From positions 64,162 through 128,161 of the forward strand of contig CAZXGF010000010.1 in NCBI GenBank assembly GCA_964640185.1: DNA of 64,000 nucleotides. Direction: 5' to 3'. A program made the position numbers and the translations under genes. This document shows positions 16,601 through 26,368 of this stretch, in pieces; position 1 is the first letter of the stretch; each line of letters opens with the position of its first letter. The notes under the pieces were generated by a model. That model ran no database searches and was not told where the DNA came from. It saw nothing but the letters and a program-made list of their open reading frames with translations. Source of the DNA: an uncultured Verrucomicrobiota bacterium. GTDB lineage: Bacteria > Auribacterota > JABMQX01.

Positions 16601-17506
16601 ATGAAGATATCATATTATCCTGGTTGTACACTTAAATCACACGCGAAGAACTTTGAGGATTCCGCCATCGCTTCCATGGCAGAATTAGGCATCGAGTTGG
16701 AAGAACTCCCCAGATGGAACTGCTGCGGGACAGTTTTCTCTTTAGCATCTGACGATTTAATGCGCCACCTCGCCCCTATCAGGATTCTTCTTCGCACCAG
16801 GGAACAAGGTAGCGATTCTCTCGTTACTCTTTGTGCTATGTGCTATCATACATTAAAGCTGAGCAACTTAAGGGTAAAGGAGAATCCTGATGAATTAGAA
16901 AAGTTAAATAACATGATGTATAAGGAGGAGATTACTTATGATGGAAAGGCCTCAGTATATCACCTCTTGACTCTCCTTAAAGAAGAGGTTGGGTTCCAAA
17001 CCGTAAGGGAACGAATAACGGTTGACCTGGGTGATCTAAAAGTTGCCCCGTATTATGGATGTCTCCTTTTACGTCCGCAGGAGGTGAGTATCGACCCCAA
17101 TATGGAGAGTCCCACCATTATGTCAGAGTTCATCGAGGCGCTGGGGGCAGTCCCAGTTGAGTTCCCGCATCAGACCGAATGTTGCGGGGCATATCTTACT
17201 GTTTGTGAAAGAGACCTCGTCGCGGAACGCTCTCATGAAATATTGGAATCGGCCAGGAGGGCGGGTGCTGACATCATTTTAACCTCCTGCCCGCTTTGTC
17301 AATTCAATCTTGATGACAGGCAAAAGGAAATAAAAAAGAAATATCCTGAGTTCGAAGAGATTCCAGTTTTGTACTTTACCCAGCTTTTGGCGTTGGCGAT
17401 GGGGCTTGATGAAGCAGCCTTGAGGTTTGATTTGAATTGGGTTGATCCCCTCACCATATTAGAAAATAAACATGTTTCAGCCGCTAAAGAGGCCGGTAGC
17501 AAGTGA
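16601..17506 (+). CDS. hdrB: heterodisulfide reductase subunit B-like (two CCG Cys-rich domains)
   Basis: YYPGCTL...NCCG and a second YYGCLLLRP...ECCG...CPLCQFNL block, as in HdrB/GlpC/SdhE-type CCG proteins. Confidence 0.8.
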   Translation: MKISYYPGCTLKSHAKNFEDSAIASMAELGIELEELPRWNCCGTVFSLASDDLMRHLAPIRILLRTREQGSDSLVTLCAMCYHTLKLSNLRVKENPDELEKLNNMMYKEEITYDGKASVYHLLTLLKEEVGFQTVRERITVDLGDLKVAPYYGCLLLRPQEVSIDPNMESPTIMSEFIEALGAVPVEFPHQTECCGAYLTVCERDLVAERSHEILESARRAGADIILTSCPLCQFNLDDRQKEIKKKYPEFEEIPVLYFTQLLALAMGLDEAALRFDLNWVDPLTILENKHVSAAKEAGSK

Positions 17507-17599
17507 ATATAGAGAACCGTGTAGGTGTTTTAGATGAATTGGTTTAGCGGCTAACCCCATGTTCACTTTGAGGGCAAAAGCTATCTTCTGAAATAGAGA

Positions 17600-17646
17600 A
17601 AAGTTGAAAAAGATAAACTATAATTAGTCGGTGCGGAGGGTGACTT
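17600..17646 (+). promoter_or_regulatory. AT-rich gap with a sigma70-like TATAAT box and a GGAGGG RBS upstream of korA (candidate internal promoter)
   Basis: It is the only AT-rich, about 140-nt non-coding gap inside the 13-30 kb gene train. TTGAAA lies 9 nt upstream of TATAAT, a suboptimal spacing. Confidence 0.2.
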
Positions 17647-18852
17647 GTGGAAGTCCGTAGTAGAGGTATAAGAAAATCAATTGTAAGTGAGCCGCACTAT
17701 AAAGATAACACATCTATTTTAACTGGTGAACATTTCTGGCAGGGTGATATCGCCATTGCCGAGGGAGCTATAGCCGCAGGTAGTAGATTTTTTGCTGGAT
17801 ACCCTATTACTCCAGCATCGGAGATTGCAGAAAGAATGTCATTAAGACTCCCGCCTATAGGGGGAGTATATATCCAGATGGAAGATGAGCTTGCATCCAT
17901 GGCTGCCATTTTGGGGGGCTCCTGGAGTGGAGTCAAATCCATGACGGCGACCAGTGGGCCCGGTGTCTCGCTAATGCTTGAGAATTTTGGCCTGGGAATC
18001 ATGACGGAGACGCCGTGCGTGATCGTGAACGTGCAGAGAGGTTCGCCGTCCACGGGCTTGCCCACATTTTTTGGTCAGGCGGATATGATGCAGGCGAGAT
18101 GGGGTACACATGGAGATTATGAGGTTATTGCCTTAGCGCCGGATTCGCCCCAGGAATGCTTCGACCTTACTATAAAAGCCTTCAATTTGTCCGAGAAATA
18201 TAGATTGCCTGTGTTCATTCTTGCTGATGGTCTTGTCGGTCATATGACGGAAAAAGTTGTCGTCCCTGAAGCTGAAGAGATTGAAGTGTTTGACCGCCGG
18301 AAAACACAGAAACCTCCCGGTCAATATCTGCCTTATGAAGCCGAAGACGATCTCGTCCCGCAAATGGCCAATTTCGGCGAAGGGTACAGACTCCATACAA
18401 CAGGTCTTACCCATGACGAAAGAGGGTATCCCGATATGACCATCGAGGCGCAGGATAAACTAATTCGACGTCTCGTAAATAAAATTCGCCACAATGCCGA
18501 TGACATTATCATGGTCGAGGAAAAAGACCTGGAGGGTGCTGAAGTCGTCGTTGTTTCTTACGGAGTTACCTCCCGCGTGGTACCGCCTGCTGTCGAGCGA
18601 GCAAAAGGCGAAGGGATAAAGGTAGGGCAGTTCAGATTATTGACAGTTTGGCCCTTTCCCGACAAAAGGATTGCCCAGATTGCAGAGAAAGTAAAGGCAT
18701 GGGTCGTACCTGAAATAAACTTGGGACAGATAGTAAGAGAGGTCGAAAGAGCGGTTGGTAGGGTCTCAAAAGTAATCCCCGTTTCTCATGCGGGCGGGGA
18801 TGTTCATGACCCTGACGATATCTATACGGTTATCAAAGAGGCGATTCAGTGA
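17647..18852 (+). CDS. korA: 2-oxoglutarate/2-oxoacid:ferredoxin oxidoreductase alpha subunit (four-subunit type)
   Basis: GTG start after a GGAGGG RBS. IAEGAIAAGSRFFAGYPITPASEI and the transketolase-like C-terminal domain are present. Confidence 0.8.
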   Translation: MEVRSRGIRKSIVSEPHYKDNTSILTGEHFWQGDIAIAEGAIAAGSRFFAGYPITPASEIAERMSLRLPPIGGVYIQMEDELASMAAILGGSWSGVKSMTATSGPGVSLMLENFGLGIMTETPCVIVNVQRGSPSTGLPTFFGQADMMQARWGTHGDYEVIALAPDSPQECFDLTIKAFNLSEKYRLPVFILADGLVGHMTEKVVVPEAEEIEVFDRRKTQKPPGQYLPYEAEDDLVPQMANFGEGYRLHTTGLTHDERGYPDMTIEAQDKLIRRLVNKIRHNADDIIMVEEKDLEGAEVVVVSYGVTSRVVPPAVERAKGEGIKVGQFRLLTVWPFPDKRIAQIAEKVKAWVVPEINLGQIVREVERAVGRVSKVIPVSHAGGDVHDPDDIYTVIKEAIQ

Positions 18853-19676
18853 ATCAGATGCCAGAACATCCTCTTGAGCGTTGTCTGAGGATGGACAGGA
18901 TGCCGCATATATGGTGCTCCGGATGCGGTATCGGAACCGCTGTAGCCTGCTTTCTGAAGGCGTTGGATGAGACAGGCATCGACCCTGATAAGGTAGTTGT
19001 GGTTTCAGGAATAGGCTGTACCGGCAGAGTGGCGGGATATGTGAAGTTCGATTCTTTCCATACCACACATGGCAGGGCCATTCCTTTTGCCACAGGGGTC
19101 AAATTGGCAAACCCTGACCTTACAGTCATCGTCTTCTCTGGCGATGGCGATTTGTTTGCCATCGGAGGTAACCATTTTATTCATGCAGCAAGGCGGAACG
19201 TTGACATAAAAGTATTTTGCATAAACAACTTTATATACGGTATGACAGGAGGGCAGGCGGCGCCTACCACGCCTTTGGGAGCGAGGACTTCCACCTCACC
19301 ATACGGGTGTTTTGAACCACCCTTCAATCTTCCCTACTTAGCAGAATCGTGCGGTGCAGTATATGTTGCAAGGTGGACACCCCTTCATATAAGAAGGCTG
19401 ACCCATGCAATGGCGGAGGCGATAAGTAAGCGAGGATTTTCATTCATCGAGATTGTCTCGCCTTGTCCCACCGTGTACTCCCGGTACAATCGCCTGGGGG
19501 ACGGCCTGGCTATGATTAAATACTACCGCGAAAACAGCCGCATAGAGAATTGGGCTAATACCAAGGATGTTCCCCTTTCAATGAACAAGGAGATAGTGGT
19601 CGGGAAGTTTGTGGATATTGACAAACCGACATTCCTCGATTATCAGGGGGCGCAAATTGAGCAGAACAAAGAATAG
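18849..19676 (+). CDS. korB: 2-oxoacid:ferredoxin oxidoreductase beta subunit (TPP-binding)
   Basis: CSGCGIGT, the GDG...N TPP motif (SGDGDLFAIGGNHF), and a 4-nt overlap with korA. Confidence 0.85.
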   Translation: MNQMPEHPLERCLRMDRMPHIWCSGCGIGTAVACFLKALDETGIDPDKVVVVSGIGCTGRVAGYVKFDSFHTTHGRAIPFATGVKLANPDLTVIVFSGDGDLFAIGGNHFIHAARRNVDIKVFCINNFIYGMTGGQAAPTTPLGARTSTSPYGCFEPPFNLPYLAESCGAVYVARWTPLHIRRLTHAMAEAISKRGFSFIEIVSPCPTVYSRYNRLGDGLAMIKYYRENSRIENWANTKDVPLSMNKEIVVGKFVDIDKPTFLDYQGAQIEQNKE

Positions 19677-20214
19677 ATACAATATAAAGATTTCTGGTTT
19701 TGGTGGCCAGGGCATTATATTGAGTGGCTATGTAATTGGGAAGGCCGCATCTCTATACGACCATAAAGATGCGGCATTTACCCAGAGTTATGGCCCTGAA
19801 GCAAGAGGTGGGGCTTGTAGCGCAACCGTGGTCATAGAAAACGGAAGAATCGGCTATCCGCTGGTGAGAATGGCTGATTTTCTTATCGTCTTATCGAAGG
19901 AAGGTTATGAAAAATACGCTGCCAAGGTAGCCCCCGATTCTTTGACCTTTGTTGATGGCGACCTTGTGAAAGAAGCGCATGTGGACAACAAGAAGGTATT
20001 CGGAATCCCCGCGACACGCTTCGCTGAATCTATGGGTAAAAAGATTGTTGCCAATGTCATCATGCTTGGATTCTTTTCCGGTATAACCAATATTATCTCC
20101 AAACAGGCTATGGTGCAGAGTATTAAAACTTCTGTGAAAAAGGCTTTCGTTGAGATTAATCTAAAAGCTTTCGAAAGAGGCTACGAATATGCCAGTGAAA
20201 TCAGCGGAGAGTAA
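19657..20214 (+). CDS. 2-oxoacid:ferredoxin oxidoreductase gamma subunit
   Basis: Start trimmed to a TTG preceded by a [25 protein letters not shown] signature. Confidence 0.75.
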   Translation: MSRTKNRYNIKISGFGGQGIILSGYVIGKAASLYDHKDAAFTQSYGPEARGGACSATVVIENGRIGYPLVRMADFLIVLSKEGYEKYAAKVAPDSLTFVDGDLVKEAHVDNKKVFGIPATRFAESMGKKIVANVIMLGFFSGITNIISKQAMVQSIKTSVKKAFVEINLKAFERGYEYASEISGE

Positions 20215-20479
20215 ACTTAAGGAATACAAGCCCAGGGTATTTAAGGGAACCGTCTATATAATCAAGGAGCAGTGTAAGGGATGTGGATTCTGCATCGAGT
20301 ACTGCCCTAAACAGATACTCGAGCCTTCTGAAGAGTTCAATGAGAAAGGCTATCACTACCCGGTCGTCGTTGACGAAGAGGGATGTGTAAACTGTAAGGT
20401 CTGCGAAGACATCTGTCCGGACTTTGCGATCTTCTCTCTCCCCAAAGAAGAAAATGGCAAACACGGGGGTTGTGGTTGA
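20189..20479 (+). CDS. 2-oxoacid:ferredoxin oxidoreductase delta subunit (2x[4Fe-4S] ferredoxin)
   Basis: [12 protein letters not shown] and [12 protein letters not shown] motifs. It overlaps both the gamma-subunit stop and the hdrA start. Confidence 0.7.
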   Translation: MPVKSAESKLKEYKPRVFKGTVYIIKEQCKGCGFCIEYCPKQILEPSEEFNEKGYHYPVVVDEEGCVNCKVCEDICPDFAIFSLPKEENGKHGGCG

Positions 20480-22455
20480 AAAAAATCGGCGTATTCATCT
20501 GCCATTGTGGCGGTAATATCTCCAACGTTGTTGACGTGGAGGCCGTAGCGGAGGCTGTAGGAAAGGTTCCGGAAGTTGCGTTTTCAACCACGTACGACTA
20601 TATGTGCTCGGCCCCGGGACAGGATTTGATAAAAGAAAAGGCATCCGAACATGGCCTGGATGCTTACATTGTCGCCGCATGTTCCCACAACCTCCACGAA
20701 TCAACTTTTCGTGGGTTGGCAAAAGAAATCGGCATCAATCCATACCAGGTGGAAATAGCAAACATTAGAGAACATGATTCATGGGTACATGACGACCCCC
20801 AGAAAGCCACGGAAAAGGCCATTCTCATTATCAAAAGCGTAGTAGAGAAGATAAGGTTGAATGAGGACCTTTGGCCCATCCAGGTGCCCGTCACTAAAAA
20901 GGTCCTCATTATTGGCGCGGGCATTGCTGGCATTCAAGCAGCTCTCGATATAGGTAATGCAGGATACAAAGTTACCCTGGTAGAGAGGCGGGCATCTATT
21001 GGAGGGCACATGGCCCAGCTCTCCAAAACGTTTCCCACTCTGGATTGTTCTCAATGTATCATGACTCCTCGGATGGTCGAGGTAGCGAACCATAAGAACA
21101 TAGAATTATTGACCTACAGCGAGGTCGAAGACGTTTCCGGTTACGTTGGCAATTTCCGGGTAAAAATAAAGAAGAAACCAACGTACGTTGACCCCGAGAA
21201 ATGCAACATGTGTAATAAGTGTGCCGAGGTATGTCCTGTAGAGGTAGATAGTGCGCATGATGAAGGTATTATAAAAAGGAAAGCTATTTACATACCATTT
21301 CCTCAGGCAATACCTGCCACCTATACATTAGATATAGATGCTTGTTTGGGGCTTCTGCCTATTGCCTGCGGTGAGTGTGTCAAGGTTTGTGAACCCAAAG
21401 CCATCGATTATGACATGCAGCCGCAATTTGTTGAAGATGAGTTCGGCGCAATCATAGTAGCCACGGGGTACGAACTGTATCCCATCTTGAATTTGCAGGA
21501 ATACGGAGCGGGGCGAATACCCGATGTTATTAACGGCATGCAGTTTGAGAGACTGGTCTATCTGAACGCAACAACGGGTTGTGGAGTAAGAAGACCGTCA
21601 GATGGGAGGGTTCCTAAAGATGTTGTGTTCGTTCAGTGTGCTGGATCTCGCGATCCTGAGATGCATAATGCATACTGTTCGAGGGTCTGTTGCATGTATA
21701 CATCCAAGCATGCGATGTTATATAGAAGCGCTGTCCCTGACGGTCAGGTTTACGTCTTTTACATTGATATACGTTCCAATGGCAAAGATTATGAGGAGTT
21801 CGTTCAAAGAGTTAGGGAAGATCAGGGTGTTACCTACTTAAGGGGAAAGGTGTCAAAGATTTTCCAGGAAGATGGCAAGGTTGTAGTTTGGGGAGCAGAT
21901 ACGTTGACGGGGAAGAAAGTAGACATTAAAACAGACCTTGTGGTTCTTGCTACAACTATGGTTCCTTCTCCAGGGATTAGAGAACTGGCAACAAAGCTGA
22001 AGTTGAATGTAGATGAATATGGATTCGCCCAGGAAGCCCATCCCAAGCTAAGGCCTGTGGAAAGCCTTTCGGCGGGGATATTCATGGCAGGCTGTGTTCA
22101 GAGCCCCCGGGATATACCAGATACTGTATCGCATTCTTCAGCCGCAGCAAGTAAGGTTATGGGTCTCATTGCGAGTGATATTCTGGAGAGAGACCCAATC
22201 ATTGCTAAAGTTGATGAAGACCTGTGTAGCGGATGCAAGACGTGCATTTCCGTCTGCGCGTATGACGCCAGGGAGTTTAACGCAGCGAAGAACGTTGTAG
22301 AAGTCAATGCAGCGAGATGTGAGGCATGTGGTTCCTGCGTTGTGGCTTGTCCAAGCGGCGCCACTCAGCAACTCAACTTTGCGGATTCGCAGATAACCGC
22401 CATGCTGAAGGCGATCTTGTCCGAGGACGAACATGAACGTCAAGCACGATTTTGA
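20470..22455 (+). CDS. hdrA: heterodisulfide reductase subunit A (FAD, electron-bifurcating flavoprotein)
   Basis: N-terminal [16 protein letters not shown] site [45 protein letters not shown], an inserted ferredoxin and a C-terminal CxxCxxCxxxCP pair. Canonical 661-aa length. Confidence 0.9.
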   Translation: MWLKKIGVFICHCGGNISNVVDVEAVAEAVGKVPEVAFSTTYDYMCSAPGQDLIKEKASEHGLDAYIVAACSHNLHESTFRGLAKEIGINPYQVEIANIREHDSWVHDDPQKATEKAILIIKSVVEKIRLNEDLWPIQVPVTKKVLIIGAGIAGIQAALDIGNAGYKVTLVERRASIGGHMAQLSKTFPTLDCSQCIMTPRMVEVANHKNIELLTYSEVEDVSGYVGNFRVKIKKKPTYVDPEKCNMCNKCAEVCPVEVDSAHDEGIIKRKAIYIPFPQAIPATYTLDIDACLGLLPIACGECVKVCEPKAIDYDMQPQFVEDEFGAIIVATGYELYPILNLQEYGAGRIPDVINGMQFERLVYLNATTGCGVRRPSDGRVPKDVVFVQCAGSRDPEMHNAYCSRVCCMYTSKHAMLYRSAVPDGQVYVFYIDIRSNGKDYEEFVQRVREDQGVTYLRGKVSKIFQEDGKVVVWGADTLTGKKVDIKTDLVVLATTMVPSPGIRELATKLKLNVDEYGFAQEAHPKLRPVESLSAGIFMAGCVQSPRDIPDTVSHSSAAASKVMGLIASDILERDPIIAKVDEDLCSGCKTCISVCAYDAREFNAAKNVVEVNAARCEACGSCVVACPSGATQQLNFADSQITAMLKAILSEDEHERQARF

Positions 22456-22852
22456 GCCGAAGATCGTGAGTTTTCTCTGCAAGTGGTGCAGCTCGGCTGC
22501 TGCAGACCTTGCGGGGGTCACGCGGCTGAAATATCAACCGAACGCCGTGACCATCCGGGTGATGTGTTCGTCGCGGGTGGACCCCGTTCACGTTCTCCAG
22601 GCGTTCCGACACGGCGCGGACGGCGTTTTCGTGGGAGGATGTCACCCCGGGGAGTGCCATTACCAGGTCGGAAATTATCAGACAAGAAGAAGGGTCATCC
22701 TGTTACATGAGCTGCTGAGCGGAATGGGAATTTCGCCGGCCAGGCTGAGACTGGAGTGGATTTCAGCCGCAGAAGGGGCCAAGTTTAGAAACACGATGAA
22801 CGACTTCATTGATTCGGTGAGAGCTCTTGGTCCCCTGGCGCTACAGCGTTAG
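22433..22852 (+). CDS. mvhD: MvhD (methyl-viologen-reducing hydrogenase delta subunit)
   Basis: VSFLCKWCSSAAADLAG...MCSS...GGCHPGECHY. It overlaps the hdrA 3' end by 23 nt. Confidence 0.85.
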   Translation: MNVKHDFEPKIVSFLCKWCSSAAADLAGVTRLKYQPNAVTIRVMCSSRVDPVHVLQAFRHGADGVFVGGCHPGECHYQVGNYQTRRRVILLHELLSGMGISPARLRLEWISAAEGAKFRNTMNDFIDSVRALGPLALQR

Positions 22853-22959
22853 CGCTGGATCCTTAAGGAGAAATGGCGAGAAAAGTTGAGGTCATACTTC
22901 CAAACTTTTGACCTTCGTGTTGGGTATTGCGATTGCCCGTGAGATGGTGAGGACCAAAC

Positions 22960-23670
22960 ATGGATACACAAGATATTGAGAAAGTAACTGTATACATTAT
23001 GGGAAAGGCGTACGCGGTGCCGGCTGACCAGACGATCATGGGAGCAATTGAGTACGCAGGATATCAATTGATCAGGGGAGTTGGTTGCCGGGAGGGTTTC
23101 TGCGGTTCATGCGCGACCATTTATCGTCTGCCTGGGGATTACAAATTTCACATGGCACCCGCTTGCTCGACTCTGGTTCAGGACCAAATGTACATAGCGG
23201 AAATTCCCTTTGTCCCGACCGATAAGCCTACGTACAACATAGATGAGTTAGAGCCGGACTACACGGCCTTTGAAAAGAAATTCCCGGAAGTATTTAGGTG
23301 CGTGGCTTGTAACAGTTGCACCAAGGCCTGTCCCCAGGACCTTCAGGTGATGGATTACATCCAAGCCATCATTAAAAATAACGTTTCTGAATGCGCTGAC
23401 CTTTCGTTCGACTGCGTTGCCTGCGGTTTGTGCGCGATCAGGTGCCCCGCGGAAATGGTGCAACACAACATCGGACTGTTGGCAAGAAGACTCTATGGAA
23501 AGTATTTGAATCCACGGGGACAAAACTTAAAAAATCGCGTAAGAGAGGTTGAACAGGGCAAATACAAAGAAGAGCTTCAGGAACTGAAGAGGATGGATCG
23601 GCCCAGTTTGATGAAAATGTATGATAGCCGTGATATTGAACCTCAATATAGAAAAATTGAAGCCGATTAA
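22960..23670 (+). CDS. SdhB/FrdB/TfrB-like iron-sulfur subunit (2Fe-2S plus two 4Fe-4S-type motifs), soluble type
   Basis: CREGFCGSC...C (plant-type 2Fe-2S spacing), then CVACNSCTKACP and CVACGLCAIRCP. There is no CCG domain and no membrane-anchor gene nearby. Confidence 0.75.
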   Translation: MDTQDIEKVTVYIMGKAYAVPADQTIMGAIEYAGYQLIRGVGCREGFCGSCATIYRLPGDYKFHMAPACSTLVQDQMYIAEIPFVPTDKPTYNIDELEPDYTAFEKKFPEVFRCVACNSCTKACPQDLQVMDYIQAIIKNNVSECADLSFDCVACGLCAIRCPAEMVQHNIGLLARRLYGKYLNPRGQNLKNRVREVEQGKYKEELQELKRMDRPSLMKMYDSRDIEPQYRKIEAD

Positions 23671-23685
23671 AGGAGAGACGAGGCT

Positions 23686-25353
23686 ATGTATCCGAAATAT
23701 ATGCAGGACTCCTTGCGGAAAGTGGAGAGAACGCGGCCCGCGAGGCTGAAACTCGCAAAATCCGGCAGGCCGATTTTCCCCATGATGTCTGCTGAAGAGA
23801 GGGAGCAGATTCTGAACGAGTTTCATCCTGATTACAGAGAAGGAAGCAAAAGGGCTGTTCGGGTGGGTCCCAATAAGGGAGAACTCTTAACCAGCCAGAT
23901 TGCAGATATTCTTGAGTCTCACTCAAGGATAGATGTGGATGATTTTGATCTGAAACAACCCGATTTTGCAGCGGACGTGTTGATTATTGGGGGAGGCGGG
24001 GCAGGCTGTGCAGCTGCCATAATGGCCCAAAAGGAAGGTCTGAAATCCATAATCGCTACTAAGCTCAGGCTTGGTGATGCCAACTCCATAATGTCCCAGG
24101 GAGGTGTCCAAGCAGCAGTTAACCCGCAGGATTCACCTGCCAGGCACTACCTTGACACTGTCGGCGGGGGCCACTTCGATAATAAACCCGAGCTCCTCGA
24201 GGCATTAGTCAACGATGGCCCGCTCGTAATAGATTGGCTTCAGGAAATGGGCGTGATCTTTGATAAAGACGACCGCGGCGAGCTTGAGACGTTGTCCTTC
24301 GGGGGGTACTCTCGAAAAAGAATGTTATCCTCCCGAGACTATACAGGCATGGCTATTATGAGGACTCTCATGGACGAGGTGAGGAATCACCCCGATGACA
24401 TTAAGACAGTGGAGTTCTGCCCCGTCATAGAACTCATCCTTGGCAGCAACGGTAGCGCTGCTGGGGCGGTGGCGTATGACCTGGAGACAGAGGAATACTT
24501 CACCATTGAAGCCGGGGCCGTTATCATTGCCACAGGGGGTTTCGGAAGACTTCACATTAACGGATTCGATACCACGAATCACTACGGAGCGACGTGCGAT
24601 GGGCCCGTTATAGCCTATAGGGCCGGCGCAAGGCTGCTTTACATGGACTCCGTCCAGTATCATCCGACAGGTGCGGCGCATCCTGAGCAGATAGCGGGAT
24701 TCCTTGTCACGGAAAAGGTGAGAGGCGCCGGCGGGCAACTGCTCAATAAGGAGGCGGAGATTTTCGTCTACCCCATGGAACCAAGGGACGTAGAGACATC
24801 AGTAATCATGAGGGAATGTGCGGAAAGAGAGATGGGTATCATCACCCATTATGGAAGGTGCGGGGTGTGGTTGGATACTCCGGTCGTGGATCAAATCCAG
24901 GGAGAGGGATTCATAGTCAAGAGCTACCCGGCGATGGTGAGGCAGTTTAAAAGGTTTGATATTGATATGACCAAAGAGCCACTATTTGTATTCCCCACGC
25001 TTCATTATCAGAATGGCGGCATCGAAATCAACGCAAGGTGCGAAACAAATATTCCCGGCCTATTTGTGGCGGGCGAAGCTTCGGGCGGGGTTCATGGAAG
25101 AAACAGACTGATGGGGAATTCCATACTGGATTACAACGTTTTTGGCAGGAGGGCGGGTACTTATGCCGCGCTGTATGCGAAGGAACATAAACCCGGTAAG
25201 TTATCGCTCGGGCATGTTCGGAACTATGAATCGGAAATGAAGGACGCAGGTATTGAGACCAGCAGGATTTCACCTATACTCCTTCCGCTTTATACGCCGG
25301 AGTCAGTAAAAGAGAGACAACTTACAGCTCATTACGAGGGAACGCTAAGGTAA
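23686..25353 (+). CDS. succinate dehydrogenase/fumarate reductase flavoprotein-family subunit (SdhA/FrdA/TfrA-like) with an about 90-aa N-terminal extension
   Basis: FAD site LIIGGGGAGCAAAIMA and the SdhA/FrdA active-site region HYQNGGIEINARCETNIPGLFVAGEASGGVHGRNRLMGNSILD. A 15-nt gap separates it from the FeS subunit. Confidence 0.8.
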   Translation: MYPKYMQDSLRKVERTRPARLKLAKSGRPIFPMMSAEEREQILNEFHPDYREGSKRAVRVGPNKGELLTSQIADILESHSRIDVDDFDLKQPDFAADVLIIGGGGAGCAAAIMAQKEGLKSIIATKLRLGDANSIMSQGGVQAAVNPQDSPARHYLDTVGGGHFDNKPELLEALVNDGPLVIDWLQEMGVIFDKDDRGELETLSFGGYSRKRMLSSRDYTGMAIMRTLMDEVRNHPDDIKTVEFCPVIELILGSNGSAAGAVAYDLETEEYFTIEAGAVIIATGGFGRLHINGFDTTNHYGATCDGPVIAYRAGARLLYMDSVQYHPTGAAHPEQIAGFLVTEKVRGAGGQLLNKEAEIFVYPMEPRDVETSVIMRECAEREMGIITHYGRCGVWLDTPVVDQIQGEGFIVKSYPAMVRQFKRFDIDMTKEPLFVFPTLHYQNGGIEINARCETNIPGLFVAGEASGGVHGRNRLMGNSILDYNVFGRRAGTYAALYAKEHKPGKLSLGHVRNYESEMKDAGIETSRISPILLPLYTPESVKERQLTAHYEGTLR

Positions 25354-25375
25354 CTTAAAAAAGTAGGTTGGAGCG

Positions 25376-26368
25376 ATGGGCAAGCCGAAATTTGCGTTCT
25401 ATTGGTGCGCCTCTTGTGGCGGTTGTGAAGAGGCAATAATTGATCTTGGAGAAGATTTACTCAAAGTGACCGCCGCTGTGGACATTGTCTTATGGCCGGT
25501 CGCCCTGGATTTCAAGCGGAAGGACGTCGAAGCATTCGAGGACGGAGAGATTGATGTCAGCTTCATTAACGGGGCTGTGCGGACGGAAGAACAGGAGGAG
25601 ATGGTCAATCTTCTCAGGCAAAAATCGCAGCTCGTGTTCGCGTTTGGCTCGTGCGCCCACATCGGTGGAATTCCCGGCCTTGCCAATCTCTGGAACAAAG
25701 AATCGATCTTTGAGCGCGTGTATAAAACCGTACCCACAGTCAACAATCCGGATAACGTCTATCCGAAAACGACAACGGACATCAATGGGAACGAACTCAC
25801 TCTACCGGAGTTTTATGATACAGTGCGCACTCTGGATCAGGTGATAGACGTTGACTACTACATTCCGGGCTGTGCCCCTCCACCTGATCTCATCATGAAT
25901 GCCTTCACCGCCATCTTAGAAGGGAAACTTCCTGCGAAGGGGAGTGTGCTGGCGCCTGAGAAAAGCCTTTGTGATACATGTCCCAGAGCGAAGAGCAAGC
26001 CGGAAAAGCTCGCCATCAAAGAGATACGGAGAGTCCACCAGGTTGCTCCCGACCCCGAGAAGTGTTTTTTGGAACAGGGCATTATATGTCTGGGCCCGGT
26101 AACGAGGTCGGGATGTGGAGAAAGGTGCATAAATGCAAACATGCCCTGCCGGGGTTGCTTCGGACCTACGAGGGAAGTGGCCGACCAAGGCGCTAAGATG
26201 CTGAGCGTGATTGCCGCCTGCTTTGGAATTGAGAATGAGGACAAGATCTCCGATGAAGAAGTAAAGGCGATCGTGAATCAGGTGGACGATCCGGTTGGCG
26301 TTTTCTACATGTACAGCCTTGCCGCCTCCGTTCTCCGAAGAAGGCAAATGGAGCAGATAAAAGAGTAA
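25376..26368 (+). CDS. mvhG: [NiFe]-hydrogenase small subunit, MvhG-like (second copy)
   Basis: YWCASCGGCEE, GSCAHIGG, and a C-terminal CxxC...CRGCFGP distal-cluster region. Confidence 0.85.
   Translation: MGKPKFAFYWCASCGGCEEAIIDLGEDLLKVTAAVDIVLWPVALDFKRKDVEAFEDGEIDVSFINGAVRTEEQEEMVNLLRQKSQLVFAFGSCAHIGGIPGLANLWNKESIFERVYKTVPTVNNPDNVYPKTTTDINGNELTLPEFYDTVRTLDQVIDVDYYIPGCAPPPDLIMNAFTAILEGKLPAKGSVLAPEKSLCDTCPRAKSKPEKLAIKEIRRVHQVAPDPEKCFLEQGIICLGPVTRSGCGERCINANMPCRGCFGPTREVADQGAKMLSVIAACFGIENEDKISDEEVKAIVNQVDDPVGVFYMYSLAASVLRRRQMEQIKE

Noticed and set aside
17600-17646. Calling a confident sigma70 promoter upstream of korA
   Set aside because: The TTGAAA-TATAAT spacing is only 9 nt, and promoter consensus for this unknown lineage is not established. 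I kept it as a low-confidence regulatory feature only.
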